UHGV virus genome: UHGV-0192279
Source of the DNA: a virus
Length of the DNA stretch: 50,405 nt
Strand: one strand, 5' to 3'
Made by a program: the position numbers and the translations under genes. A model generated the notes under the pieces. It did no database searches, had not been told where the DNA came from, and saw only the letters and a program-made list of their open reading frames with translations. Below, one piece after another: positions 1-9,162 of the stretch (the stretch's first letter is position 1; every line of letters starts with the position of its first letter).

Positions 1-6
1 ATCACA

Positions 7-387
7 ATGTTTCGTTTTCGTCGTGTAAATATTGATGGTAAATCCATTACCGAAACCCGCCTCGCTGGTGCTGAATTAAAACCCGGCGAACTGGTGAAAC
101 TGGAAGATAGCAAGTTTGTGAAGGCGGTGGATGGTGATGCTGGGGTTGCTCGCTTGTATATCGTTAACCCTGCATTCCATGAAGGCAAAACCATTGCCGA
201 TGCAATCGCGCAAGGTGAAACCGTTGTTGCTGACTACGTGGAAGAAGGTCGCGAGTTTGCTTATCGCGCGACGGCGGCTGCCTACACCAAAGACCAGGCC
301 ATCAAGCTGGGTGAAGTAACCGTTGCATACTGCCAGGAAGATGTAACCCTGGACGCAGAAGACTTTATTCGCGTTCGCGTCGCTTAA
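7..387 (+). CDS. putative head decoration/auxiliary capsid protein (126 aa)
   Basis: ATG at 7 is served by the AAAGGGG SD at the window end (wrap-around); lies between scaffold-like gene and major capsid gene; no motif-level identification. Confidence 0.3.
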   Translation: MFRFRRVNIDGKSITETRLAGAELKPGELVKLEDSKFVKAVDGDAGVARLYIVNPAFHEGKTIADAIAQGETVVADYVEEGREFAYRATAAAYTKDQAIKLGEVTVAYCQEDVTLDAEDFIRVRVA

Positions 388-404
388 TTTAAAAGGGGAA
401 TAAC

Positions 405-1460
405 ATGTACTTTACAAAACAAAATTTAGCCACAAACAGCAGGATGCGGGCGCACTGGAACGAACTGTGGGCGCAACGCAACATCTTCAACGATCAGCAT
501 GACGCTATGATTGCAGCAAACAAGGCAAACATGACCGCTGAAATGTTGGCCTGTAACGCCGTTGGCGGCTTCGCAAAAGAATTCTGGAAAGAAATTGATA
601 ACCAGATCATCGAACTGAACACCGAAGAAATCGGTATCGAGATCGTAAACGACCTGATGGGTGTGCAGACCGTATTACCAATCGGTAAAACGCTGAAAAT
701 GTACAACGTATCTGGCGACATCAACGATGAGGTCGTAATGTCTATGGATGGTCAAGCGCCACACGGCTTTGATCACACCGAATACGGCAGCGATGGCGAC
801 CCGATCCCGATGTTCGCCGCTGGTTATGGTGTGAACTGGCGTCTTGCTCAGGGTCTGAATACTGTAGGCATCGACCTTGCTCTGGATAGCCAGCGCCTGA
901 AACTGAAAAAATTCAACAAAGCCCGCGTTAAATTCTATCTTAGCGGTAACGACAATATCGTGGTAGATGGTCACAAAGCTATGGGTATTAAAAACCATAA
1001 AAACACTCAGCAGCTTACCCTGACCACTAACCTTACTACCGCAGATTTCGAGGCGCTGATCAACTTCTTCACCATTGGTGAATTCGGTGTACTGGCCCGC
1101 AATAACTTCGTTGCAAAATACGATATTATGTGGGTATCTCCTGAAATCATGGCTAACCTGGCACGTCCGCACATCGTTAACGGTGCTGTGGTTGGTAGCG
1201 TACTGCAAACGGTTATGCCGTTCGCCCCGGTTGGTGAAATTCGTCAGACCTTCGCACTGAAAGGCAATGAGATTATTGCTTATCAGCGCCGCCGTGACGT
1301 CATTTCCCCGCTGGTTGGCATGACTACTGGTGTAGTCCCGTTACCGCGCTTTATGCCAACTGATAACTACAATTTCCGCATCATGTCAGCCGAAGGTTTA
1401 CAGATCACCTGTGACATGCTGGGCCGTTCCGGTGTAGTTTACGGTAAAAATCTTAATTAA
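405..1460 (+). CDS. major capsid protein (351 aa)
   Basis: Strong SD AAAGGGGA; size and position in head module; followed immediately by a strong terminator as expected for the most abundant virion protein. Confidence 0.55.
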   Translation: MYFTKQNLATNSRMRAHWNELWAQRNIFNDQHDAMIAANKANMTAEMLACNAVGGFAKEFWKEIDNQIIELNTEEIGIEIVNDLMGVQTVLPIGKTLKMYNVSGDINDEVVMSMDGQAPHGFDHTEYGSDGDPIPMFAAGYGVNWRLAQGLNTVGIDLALDSQRLKLKKFNKARVKFYLSGNDNIVVDGHKAMGIKNHKNTQQLTLTTNLTTADFEALINFFTIGEFGVLARNNFVAKYDIMWVSPEIMANLARPHIVNGAVVGSVLQTVMPFAPVGEIRQTFALKGNEIIAYQRRRDVISPLVGMTTGVVPLPRFMPTDNYNFRIMSAEGLQITCDMLGRSGVVYGKNLN

Positions 1461-1476
1461 AACGTTTCCTGTAACT

Positions 1477-1504
1477 CCCCGGCGCAATGCCGGGGATTTT
1501 TTTT
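1477..1504 (+). terminator. rho-independent terminator after capsid gene
   Basis: CCCCGGC-gcaat-GCCGGGG stem-loop followed by A+8T run. Confidence 0.7.
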
Positions 1505-1522
1505 GTATGTGGAGCAAACAAA

Positions 1523-1909
1523 ATGGTCACTACAGAACAGGCGCGGGAATATCTTGAAAGCCAGGGTATTGACCTGCCAGACATTATCTTATCTTTGCTG
1601 GTGGAGCAGGCTAATAGCGTAAACGAATGCCTTGATGCTAATTATCCGGCCTCCACTGCAACATTAATTCAGCTTTATCTCATTGGCCTGTTAGGGCTAA
1701 CCCAGGCTGATAAATACATTTCCTCACAGACAGGGCCGAACGGCGCAAGCCAGTCTTACCGCTATGTCGATTTTAATAAAAGATGGAAGGCAGCTTGTTC
1801 TCTGCTTCGCTCAATTGATAAACATAATTGCACAGCCGAACTAATCCCGGCGGATCCCGAAGCCACCGCGCACGTCGGGCTGTGGATTGGTAAGATCAGG
1901 AGGATGTAA
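1523..1909 (+). CDS. head-tail joining region protein, function unassigned (128 aa)
   Basis: In-frame ATG at 1523 with GGAG SD; track ORF 1487 start overlaps the terminator so internal start preferred; position only. Confidence 0.3.
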   Translation: MVTTEQAREYLESQGIDLPDIILSLLVEQANSVNECLDANYPASTATLIQLYLIGLLGLTQADKYISSQTGPNGASQSYRYVDFNKRWKAACSLLRSIDKHNCTAELIPADPEATAHVGLWIGKIRRM

Positions 1910-1911
1910 CA

Positions 1912-2097
1912 ATGTGGAACGACCTGACACTACCAAATCCAGTATTGCCGAAACTGTTTACCCGTGTGTGGGTAAAAACGGATACCGGACGCCAGGTGGC
2001 GGCCTACCTCAATGATGCTGGTGAATGGGTAATTCTTTGCCCGCGCGTGGCGAAAACACATCCCAAAATCATTAGCTGGAGTTACGGCTATGAGTAA
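1912..2097 (+). CDS. small virion-module protein (61 aa)
   Basis: AGGAGG SD 6 nt upstream of ATG; tightly packed in structural operon. Confidence 0.3.
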   Translation: MWNDLTLPNPVLPKLFTRVWVKTDTGRQVAAYLNDAGEWVILCPRVAKTHPKIISWSYGYE

Positions 2098-2458
2098 GAT
2101 TGCGCGATTCAGTTACAAGGCATTAGCCACCATCTACCCCGTAACGCATGACGACTGGACAAACGCCGACGTATACGGTGCACCATACCTGATTAATTGC
2201 GCGTGGGAGCGCACCGACGGCACGGCAACAGACACAAACGGCAATGAGGTTAGCAATACAATAACCGTATTTACCGAACTGCTTCATAATATGCAGCCAG
2301 TGCAGCGCCCGGAAAAAGGTTGGATGATTGCCACTGGCGACACCACTAATATTTCCGACCCGCTGGCGGCTGGGGCGAACGTTATAACCGGGATCGTTGA
2401 ATGGGATATGAGCATGTTCAACGACGCGCCGGATTATAAGATCGTGACAGGGGGTTAA
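2090..2458 (+). CDS. head-tail adaptor-like protein (122 aa)
   Basis: Start overlaps upstream stop; position between capsid and tail genes. Confidence 0.3.
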   Translation: MSKIARFSYKALATIYPVTHDDWTNADVYGAPYLINCAWERTDGTATDTNGNEVSNTITVFTELLHNMQPVQRPEKGWMIATGDTTNISDPLAAGANVITGIVEWDMSMFNDAPDYKIVTGG

Positions 2459-2460
2459 TT

Positions 2461-2901
2461 ATGCCGATTAAGGGCGTTAAACGCGTAAGGGAACGATTAA
2501 AGCAGGAGCTAAAGGAAATCACAGATAAAAAGACGCACGAAGTTTTATGGCGCGTAGGTATGCTGGCTGGTGGCTTTGCTGCGAACATGACCCCGGTTGA
2601 TACGGGTTTTTTAATTAACAGCCAGTTTCAGTATATAGGGAACACGGCTGACGGTATGCAATTACGCCTGGGATATACGGCCCGCTATGCTGAATGGGTG
2701 CACAATATGCCAGGTACATTAAAAGGCCAGCCTCGCGAACATTTCGGCAAAACCAATAACCTATCTGAATTCGGCGGCGGTACTGGCAAGGGTGAATATT
2801 GGGATCCAAACGCGGAGCCGGGATTCTTGCGCAAGGCATTCGAAGATCCTAACCACGCCGATGATATTTATAAAGAGATTGTAGAAGGTTACAAAGTATG
2901 A
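2461..2901 (+). CDS. neck/tail-completion-like protein (146 aa)
   Basis: GGGGG SD; position; family assignment by recall only. Confidence 0.3.
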   Translation: MPIKGVKRVRERLKQELKEITDKKTHEVLWRVGMLAGGFAANMTPVDTGFLINSQFQYIGNTADGMQLRLGYTARYAEWVHNMPGTLKGQPREHFGKTNNLSEFGGGTGKGEYWDPNAEPGFLRKAFEDPNHADDIYKEIVEGYKV

Positions 2902-3284
2902 AACGCAGCGAAGTTTATGACGAAATAAGGGATTGGATTCAATCCCACGGATACGATGAAGGCTATATTTTACAAGCCCGTTTCTGGAATGAGCGAAGCA
3001 ATTCGAATAACGACAGATACATCGTGATCCAGCAAAACGGCGGCGCGGCTGGTGAAGAAGCAATAACCCGTGATTATTTCCGCATCCTGGTTATTTCGGC
3101 GCGTAATGATGCAAATATCAGTGAGGTGGAAGACCTGGCAGATGCCATCCGTCAAAGCATGTTAACAGAATATAAAACTGATAAAATTACACACATGAAG
3201 CCAGTTGGCGCTATTCCTGCAATGCAAACGAGAGAAGGGCGCTTTATTTTTACCGTAGCTTTTCAAACCATCATATCCAGATAA
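2898..3284 (+). CDS. tail terminator-like protein (128 aa)
   Basis: Overlapping start-stop (ATGA) with upstream gene; size and position just upstream of major tail gene. Confidence 0.3.
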   Translation: MKRSEVYDEIRDWIQSHGYDEGYILQARFWNERSNSNNDRYIVIQQNGGAAGEEAITRDYFRILVISARNDANISEVEDLADAIRQSMLTEYKTDKITHMKPVGAIPAMQTREGRFIFTVAFQTIISR

Positions 3285-3296
3285 GAGGTAATTAAC

Positions 3297-3773
3297 ATGT
3301 CTCAGACTTGCGAAAAAGGCGCGTTTTTAGGCCGTGACGTTGCTGTATTCTTCGCTATCGCTTGTCCAAATGCGAAGCCGGTAGCTAGCGATTATAAAGA
3401 GTTAGGCATGATGCGCGGAAAAACGCTTTCCGTCGAATGGGAAACCGCAGACGCCACCGCCGATAAATCAGCCGATTACACGAAGGAATCAATGGTTACT
3501 TACAAATCCGTTTCTTTCTCCGGCGACGGTGTATCCCGTACTGAGGGAATCCATAATCAGAAAGTGCTGAAACGCCACGTAATTACGCCAGACAAAACCA
3601 CTGGATCACAACCTTATGTATGGCTAAAGATCGTTTCTCCTGTAGACGTAACCGAAGGCCCATTCCTTTGCACTTCCTTTAAAGAAGAAGATCCGCACGA
3701 TGATGTTTCTACCTGGTCTATTGAGTGCGAAAGCGCTGGACAGGTAACGGTAGGCGATATCCCATCGGAATAA
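3297..3773 (+). CDS. major tail (tube) protein (158 aa)
   Basis: AAGAGG SD; position before chaperone and tape measure genes; followed by strong terminator. Confidence 0.5.
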   Translation: MSQTCEKGAFLGRDVAVFFAIACPNAKPVASDYKELGMMRGKTLSVEWETADATADKSADYTKESMVTYKSVSFSGDGVSRTEGIHNQKVLKRHVITPDKTTGSQPYVWLKIVSPVDVTEGPFLCTSFKEEDPHDDVSTWSIECESAGQVTVGDIPSE

Positions 3774-3791
3774 CAACTCAGATTAACAATC

Positions 3792-3815
3792 GGGGCCATT
3801 TGGCCCCTTTCTTTT
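3792..3815 (+). terminator. rho-independent terminator after major tail gene
   Basis: GGGGCC-attt-GGCCCC hairpin followed by TTTCTTTT. Confidence 0.65.
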
Positions 3816-3827
3816 AGGGTGATAACT

Positions 3828-4505
3828 ATGATTCATGTTCGGACCGGGCAATTTGCGGCGGTGGTAGACGGTAGGCGGTATGTGTTTAATCCCTGCTTCG
3901 CCGCGATGGCAAAAATAGGCAGTGACAGAGAACTGGTCGAATATTTTGCAACAATCCACGGCGGCAAATATCCATCACGCTTGCCAGCAGACCCAGACTT
4001 ACGCAATCGCATTCTGGCGCGGTGTTATGGTGAAATAGTGCAGACATCAATGCACATCCTGAAATGTTGCTCAGACGATGAAATAGGCCCGTTATTGGGC
4101 GAGTGTAGGTTTACTCCTTCGGGCAAGTTGCGACTAAAACCAGGCTTGATGCCTACTGACGACGTTATCACGCTGGCGCAGCATTGCGTGTACCACGGCT
4201 TAATCGGTGATGGGCCGGAAGAAGATGCCGGAGAAATCCCGGAAGGGGAATATAAGCCGACTTTTAACGTCCTTGAATTCGTCTATTCTGCCGTTGCTCA
4301 CCTGGGCTTGTCAGAATCGGAAGCATGGAATATGACAATGACCGGATATAGGGCCACTGTACGCGCTAAAACGCCGCCAGACGAAAGAAGCGAAAGAAGT
4401 AAGCCAAACGTTCACATAAATAAACGTGCTTATGACGAGCAAATGGAGGCCGCTAAAAAGGCGCTAAAAAGAATGGAAAATCGCAAGCAAGAAAAAGCCC
4501 GGTAG
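3828..4505 (+). CDS. tail assembly chaperone (G/GT position), 225 aa
   Basis: ATG at 3828 with AGGGTGA SD (track start 3819 is GTG); located between major tail and tape measure genes. Confidence 0.45.
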   Translation: MIHVRTGQFAAVVDGRRYVFNPCFAAMAKIGSDRELVEYFATIHGGKYPSRLPADPDLRNRILARCYGEIVQTSMHILKCCSDDEIGPLLGECRFTPSGKLRLKPGLMPTDDVITLAQHCVYHGLIGDGPEEDAGEIPEGEYKPTFNVLEFVYSAVAHLGLSESEAWNMTMTGYRATVRAKTPPDERSERSKPNVHINKRAYDEQMEAAKKALKRMENRKQEKAR

Positions 4506-4513
4506 ATCCGGGC
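4492..4513. terminator. bidirectional hairpin terminator
   Basis: A5-GCCCGG-tagat-CCGGGC-GTTTGTCTT; T-run on minus strand is clean, sits 8 nt downstream of minus-strand gene 4521-4934. Confidence 0.5.
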
Positions 4514-4520
4514 GTTTGTC

Positions 4521-4934
4521 TTATTTGATTCTAACAATATCAATAAAACCGTTACCTAAATTGACAATTGCGTGATTTTTTGCGCCAGCGCCGCCTTTAT
4601 TAAAAATTCTTTCAGCGAAAGCAATTTTATTTGCTTTACACTCGTTAGCTATCCTGTTTTTTATTTCGCTGTTGTTTTCAAAGCCTACGCTTGCAGCAGC
4701 CTCGATTACAAGGCCATAATTAAACCAACGAGCATAAACTGGTTTACCTTCAAAAATTTTATCAATTACCTTAAAAAGAATTTTGGGTGCGGCTGGTTCT
4801 TTTTTGATCATGTCGTGATATGCGGCTACATGGTTTGCCACTTCTTCACAGTTAATGTTTATGGCCTCGTTAGCGTTCGCGTTAAATGCCAGTGCAGCAA
4901 TCACAGCAAGTACCATTTTTGCTAACCGTTTCAT
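4521..4934 (-). CDS. secreted accessory (moron) protein with signal peptide (137 aa)
   Basis: N-terminus MKRLAKMVLAVIAALAFNANA-NEA is a classic Sec signal with AxA cleavage site; GGGGG SD; antisense to tail operon; AT-rich flanks. Confidence 0.6.
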   Translation of the reverse strand: MKRLAKMVLAVIAALAFNANANEAININCEEVANHVAAYHDMIKKEPAAPKILFKVIDKIFEGKPVYARWFNYGLVIEAAASVGFENNSEIKNRIANECKANKIAFAERIFNKGGAGAKNHAIVNLGNGFIDIVRIK

Positions 4935-5001
4935 AATTAACCCCCGTAATTATTCTGATTTGCTAAATGCTTCATTTAACTTAGTTATACACGCATATTG
5001 T

Positions 5002-5085
5002 TTATTTTTTAAGTGCTTTTAACATTTCTTCGATAAGGTCCGCATAGCGTTCATATTCGTTGGGACGGTAGTTTACGTTTCTCAT
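5002..5085 (-). CDS. 27-aa leader ORF of antisense cassette (MRNVNYRPNEYERYADLIEEMLKALKK)
   Basis: ATG preceded by AAAGAGGATAAGGAA SD; first ORF after candidate minus-strand promoter. Confidence 0.25.
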   Translation of the reverse strand: MRNVNYRPNEYERYADLIEEMLKALKK

Positions 5086-5155
5086 TTCCTTATCCTCTTT
5101 CACTTCCTCCGGGACATCCGTCCTTCCTGCATCTCTTCTATCTTTCCCTACATCA

Positions 5156-5184
5156 TTTATACAAAACGGTATCGTTAAAGTAAA
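5156..5184 (-). promoter_or_regulatory. candidate sigma70 promoter for antisense cassette
   Basis: Minus strand TTTACT -17 nt- TATAAA; TACA-N3-TGT motif abuts the -35 on its upstream side. Confidence 0.3.
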
Positions 5185-5235
5185 GACATTTTGTATAAAA
5201 TAGATGCATAGATCACATTTGCATGAGGTTAAATC

Positions 5236-7584
5236 ATGGCTACCAGTGTAGGCACAATTTATTACGAAGTTGACGCAAAAACAGGACAACTTCTTGTAGC
5301 ACAACGACAGGCAGACCAGGCCTTTGACCGTATAGAGCGCGGTGCTAAACAGGCAGATCGCCAGGTAAACACACTGAAAACATCAATCAAAGCACTGACC
5401 AAGGTTATCTATCTGCTAATTGCTGCCGAGGCCGTTAGACAGTTTATGGAAATGGCAGAGCAGGCCAAAATGCTTCGCGTAAAAATCAAAATGCTTACGG
5501 GCGATGCGGAGTCCGCCGGACGGGTTTTCGACGGCCTGAAAGCAATATCCAGGGAAACAGGGCAAAGCCTGAAGGATACTGGCGAGTTATGGCAAGGTCT
5601 TGCCATCTCACTGAAGAACACGTCAGCTACGGAAGGGCAATTACTTAACCTGGTTGGCACTATTCAGAAAATGGGGGCGTTAGGCGGCGCATCAGCGGAA
5701 CAGATGTCTAACTCTATGCGCCAGTTCCGCCAGTCTATAGACGGCGGCGTGCTGCGTGCTGAAGAATTTAACAGCCTACTTGAAAACACCCCGACCATCG
5801 TACAGACAATGGCCCGTCAGATGGGGTTATCTATGGGCAAGTTCCGCGCCGAAATGCTGGACGGCAAGATCACGGCAGAAAGGATGGTTAACGCAATCCA
5901 GGCGGCTACGCAGGAAACAAACGAGCAGTTTGCTCAGTTGCCGCGCACATCCGGCATGGCTATCAATGAGCTTAAAGTCGAAATCATGGGGCTTGTTGAA
6001 CAGCTTGATGATCTTTTCGGCGTATCAGATGGCGTAGTCTCAGCTATCGACTTAATCACAAAAGGCGTTAAGGGGTTAGGTGAGGGCGCTAAATTCGCTA
6101 AAACCTGCTTCGATACACTCAAAACGGCTGGTGGCGAATTCATCGACATGTTTGATGATGTGGCTGTGAAGGCTGGCGAGGTGGCAGAGAAGATCATCGC
6201 AATGGTGACGCCAATCAAGGCACTTATGGACGCCTACAAATGGATGAAGGAGGTTGTAGATAAGCGCAAGGAAGAACTAAATAGCAACAATGAGAAGAAA
6301 TTCGGCCCTACAGTCGGTAAAGTCATGACTTTTGCAAACGACATTAAAAACGCGACTGCCGCTTATGATGAGTTTATGCAGAAACAGGCAGAAGCCAACG
6401 ACGGCAAGATCACCGGATTCGACAAGCCAGTTGATAAGCCTAAAAAGGGTAAGAAGACTGGCAGCAAGAAAAGCAAAGAGGATACGCTTGGTGACAAGGG
6501 TATAAGCGTTTCTGACCAGTACAATAAAGACACCGCCGCCATGCGCAAAGCGTTAGAGAACGGCAAGGCCATTGATGCTGCATTCGCCCAGGGTAAAATC
6601 ACCCTCCTTGAGTACCGCGCCGCGCAAAAAGGGATAGTTAAGGAACGGGATGAAGAATTAGCCCAAATTCAGGTAGATGAATTGCGTGATAAATGGGCGC
6701 AAATAGTAAGCCCGATGAATCAGCTTAAAGGCGAGGTTGACCCTATTAAGCAGGTACAAGATGAATGGGCCGTCCGTAAGCAAAAGCTTATCGACCTGGG
6801 CGCTACCGAAGCGCAACAGAAACAGGCATTGTTAGCCTATGAGCAACAGATCCGCGATCTGAAATGGGAGCAATGGCAGGCGCAAAGCCAGACAAACGGC
6901 CTGATCGGTGATTGCGTTAATGGCCTTAAAGGTGGTATGAGCAATGCGCTTGTCGGCCTGCTTAACGGTACTCAATCATTGAGCGATGTTTTTGCTAACT
7001 TAGGGAGCAATATACTAGGGAATATTGGCAACAGACTTTCTGATATAGCAGCCGACTGGATAGCAGATCAGATCATGATGGAAACACAAAGCAAGGCAAC
7101 TCAAGCAAGTACAACGGCAAGCGCGGTTGCCGCTCAGGGAAGCATCGCGGCGGCGGCGGCCCCGGCGGCGGCGGCAACGGCTGCATCAACTGGCGGTAGC
7201 TGGGCGGCGGCTGGTTCGGCGGCGCTTACTGCGATCACGTCGCTGGCAACATCCATTTTCGGCGGCGGGCGCTTTAATGGTGGTAGCGTAATTGGTGGCA
7301 ATATGTACCGCGTCGGGGAACATAACAGGCCGGAGCTATTCCAGACGTCTAACGGCAACCAATACATGATCCCCGGCGAGAATGGCAGGGTTATCCCGGG
7401 GCGTGATATTGGCGGCGGCGGCGGCGGTATCAGTATGCCTGTTTACATCGACATTCAAACCACAAACGGATTTAGTGACGAAGACAGCCGCAGACTTGAA
7501 CAGACAATGGAACGTGTAGCAATGAAAATGATAACAAGGGAATCGCAAAGACCTGGCGGGATGTTGCAACCGCGCCGCAAATAA
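5236..7584 (+). CDS. tail tape measure protein (782 aa)
   Basis: Largest ORF between chaperone and tail-tip genes; long alpha-helical sequence with Ala/Gly-rich C-terminal region. Confidence 0.85.
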   Translation: MATSVGTIYYEVDAKTGQLLVAQRQADQAFDRIERGAKQADRQVNTLKTSIKALTKVIYLLIAAEAVRQFMEMAEQAKMLRVKIKMLTGDAESAGRVFDGLKAISRETGQSLKDTGELWQGLAISLKNTSATEGQLLNLVGTIQKMGALGGASAEQMSNSMRQFRQSIDGGVLRAEEFNSLLENTPTIVQTMARQMGLSMGKFRAEMLDGKITAERMVNAIQAATQETNEQFAQLPRTSGMAINELKVEIMGLVEQLDDLFGVSDGVVSAIDLITKGVKGLGEGAKFAKTCFDTLKTAGGEFIDMFDDVAVKAGEVAEKIIAMVTPIKALMDAYKWMKEVVDKRKEELNSNNEKKFGPTVGKVMTFANDIKNATAAYDEFMQKQAEANDGKITGFDKPVDKPKKGKKTGSKKSKEDTLGDKGISVSDQYNKDTAAMRKALENGKAIDAAFAQGKITLLEYRAAQKGIVKERDEELAQIQVDELRDKWAQIVSPMNQLKGEVDPIKQVQDEWAVRKQKLIDLGATEAQQKQALLAYEQQIRDLKWEQWQAQSQTNGLIGDCVNGLKGGMSNALVGLLNGTQSLSDVFANLGSNILGNIGNRLSDIAADWIADQIMMETQSKATQASTTASAVAAQGSIAAAAAPAAAATAASTGGSWAAAGSAALTAITSLATSIFGGGRFNGGSVIGGNMYRVGEHNRPELFQTSNGNQYMIPGENGRVIPGRDIGGGGGGISMPVYIDIQTTNGFSDEDSRRLEQTMERVAMKMITRESQRPGGMLQPRRK

Positions 7585-7588
7585 CACT

Positions 7589-7615
7589 AAGGCCGCTATA
7601 AGCGGCCTTTATTTT
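7589..7615 (+). terminator. rho-independent terminator after tape measure gene
   Basis: AGGCCGCT-ata-AGCGGCCT hairpin followed by TTTATTTT. Confidence 0.55.
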
Positions 7616-7901
7616 ACATGGTAAGGATATAAATTAAACAGCACAGGAATGCGGGCGCGGCGAAGTCGCAAACGCTAGCCATATTCCATGCTTTTGGTAA
7701 AAAACCACCATACCACGGCATTCTTTCTCGTTTCCCTCCGCAAAATTCCGCTATGTAACGATATTCAGCCTGTGTGTGTTCCCGCGCAAAAAAGAATGTA
7801 CATCCAATCAGGCCGCCAGTGAGATAATCACCAGTAAGCAGGCCGATAACAACCTGTATAGTCGCCGCAGCCAGTGCGTGACCAATAACGGTTAAATCCA
7901 T
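7614..7901 (-). CDS. small membrane protein (95 aa, about 2 TM helices)
   Basis: Hydrophobic segments; last gene of four-gene antisense cassette. Confidence 0.45.
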   Translation of the reverse strand: MDLTVIGHALAAATIQVVIGLLTGDYLTGGLIGCTFFFAREHTQAEYRYIAEFCGGKRERMPWYGGFLPKAWNMASVCDFAAPAFLCCLIYILTM

Positions 7902-7903
7902 CG

Positions 7904-8089
7904 TTAATCCTCCCGATCGTTCTCAAATGTGCCATCTACAAATTTTTGCAGCCCGGCGATAAGTTGTGTTGCCTGCGATTTTTCAATTACTATGGTTTCA
8001 GTCCCCATAAGTTCGGTTATCCACAGCCGACCATCCTCATCAAGATCTAACCTAACTCCGTAACATAACTCTGTTTCGTCAATAATCAT
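7904..8089 (-). CDS. small acidic protein (61 aa)
   Basis: AGGAGG SD upstream of ATG; preceded by palindrome GTTACGT-gcg-ACGTAAC. Confidence 0.45.
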   Translation of the reverse strand: MIIDETELCYGVRLDLDEDGRLWITELMGTETIVIEKSQATQLIAGLQKFVDGTFENDRED

Positions 8090-8198
8090 TTTTCCTCCTA
8101 TAATCTTCCGTTACGTGCGACGTAACCCCTGCCGAACATCACTAACCAGATGTTCCAGATCTCCCGCTAGGTATATTTCTCCTCCTCCATATTCCACC

Positions 8199-8459
8199 TC
8201 ACTTATGAGCGCCTTTCACTCCGCAATGACAGTTGTATTCCAGGTGATCGATAATTAACCAAATATTCAAATCTTCACTGAACAGCCGCCAGTCAGGATT
8301 GATATCGAATTTAAAGCCATAACCATCACGTAATTTTTTGGGGCGGGCTTCTTTTTTCAGGAAGGCGTTAAGCAACTTCTTGCCTTTCTTGATTACCCGT
8401 TCCTGTGCATTCTTTTGTGCTTTCAGGTTTTTTCGATAGTTACCAGTTTCATAACTCAC
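8199..8459 (-). CDS. small basic protein (86 aa)
   Basis: GTG start with AAGGA SD; Lys/Arg-rich N-terminal half. Confidence 0.4.
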   Translation of the reverse strand: MSYETGNYRKNLKAQKNAQERVIKKGKKLLNAFLKKEARPKKLRDGYGFKFDINPDWRLFSEDLNIWLIIDHLEYNCHCGVKGAHK

Positions 8460-8469
8460 CCCATCGTCC

Positions 8470-8625
8470 TTAGTTAAGCGCCCTCAGGAAGAAATCCCGG
8501 TATTCATCATTCTTCGCGTTCATCATGAATTGACCGTATTTGAATGCGTCGTCGAAACCCTTAACAATTGCTACTTCCACTTGCTCGAATGCGTTGTTTA
8601 GCATCACTACTACATAGCTACTCAT
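8470..8625 (-). CDS. 51-aa ORF (MSSYVVVMLNNAFEQ...)
   Basis: Below 60-aa track cutoff; ATG with GTGAGG SD; first gene of antisense cassette. Confidence 0.3.
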   Translation of the reverse strand: MSSYVVVMLNNAFEQVEVAIVKGFDDAFKYGQFMMNAKNDEYRDFFLRALN

Positions 8626-8695
8626 TTTTGGGCCTCACTTGCTGGTACCGCTTTTCTTCTTGCTTCCTGTATACAGCTTGTTGCTTCGTGTGTGA

Positions 8696-8709
8696 ATACA
8701 TATTGTAAA
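8696..8709 (+). repeat. 14-bp repeat ATACATATTGTAAA copy 1 (contains palindrome TACAtatTGTA), 6 nt upstream of a TATAAT hexamer
   Basis: Exact 14-mer shared with 10301-10314; both in divergent intergenic regions upstream of tail-tip genes. Confidence 0.6.
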
Positions 8710-8795
8710 TTGGCTATAATTCTTGTGTCGAATATCTCATTTTTCGCGTAGAAGTGCGTAAAGATATATACAAAATGTAACTTACAGGAGGGGGT

Positions 8796-9149
8796 ATGCC
8801 GGAAGTGTTCAGATGGACACCACAGAGAAGCTACAGCGTAAACAGTGAGCCTAACGTGTCCGTTATCAAGCTGGGCGATGGCTATGAACAGCGCCAGACA
8901 AAAGGGATTAATCCACTACTTGACAGCTATACGCTGGTCTTTAAAGGTACGAGCGCCGGATGCGGTGACGCCGGAAACGTGGCGCTCCAGGTTGACGCAT
9001 TTTTAAGAGCACGTTGCGCGGTCGAGGCGTTTTACTGGACGCCATCTACAGACGGAGTGAAAAGGCTTTTTGTATGCCGAAAGTGGAGCATGGCGAAAGA
9101 CGGCCCGGTATGCACTCTGAATGCAACGTTTGAACAAGTTATCAATTAA
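8796..9149 (+). CDS. M: minor tail protein M (117 aa)
   Basis: Clear similarity to lambda gpM pattern (FRW...GDGY.QR...WTP...KWS...FEQV.N); AGGAGGGGG SD. Confidence 0.85.
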   Translation: MPEVFRWTPQRSYSVNSEPNVSVIKLGDGYEQRQTKGINPLLDSYTLVFKGTSAGCGDAGNVALQVDAFLRARCAVEAFYWTPSTDGVKRLFVCRKWSMAKDGPVCTLNATFEQVIN

Positions 9150-9162
9150 TGGAGAAGTCAAT

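Noticed and set aside
5002-5304. 100-aa minus-strand ORF from the track
   Set aside because: Its N-terminal two thirds overlap the candidate promoter region and the start of the tape measure gene; only the last 27 codons have an SD and an ATG, so the short ORF is preferred (still low confidence).
7130-7440. GC-rich Ala/Gly codon repeats (gcggcggcggc) as possible CRISPR or VNTR array
   Set aside because: They lie in frame inside the tape measure gene and encode poly-Ala/Gly linkers; no regular repeat-spacer structure.
5409-7587. Minus-strand and alternate-frame ORFs inside the tape measure gene (5409-5660, 5756-6037, 5934-6218, 6363-6602, 7134-7367, 7336-7587)
   Set aside because: Fully embedded in a long, well-supported gene; no SD signals; typical shadow ORFs of a GC-skewed, repeat-rich coding region.
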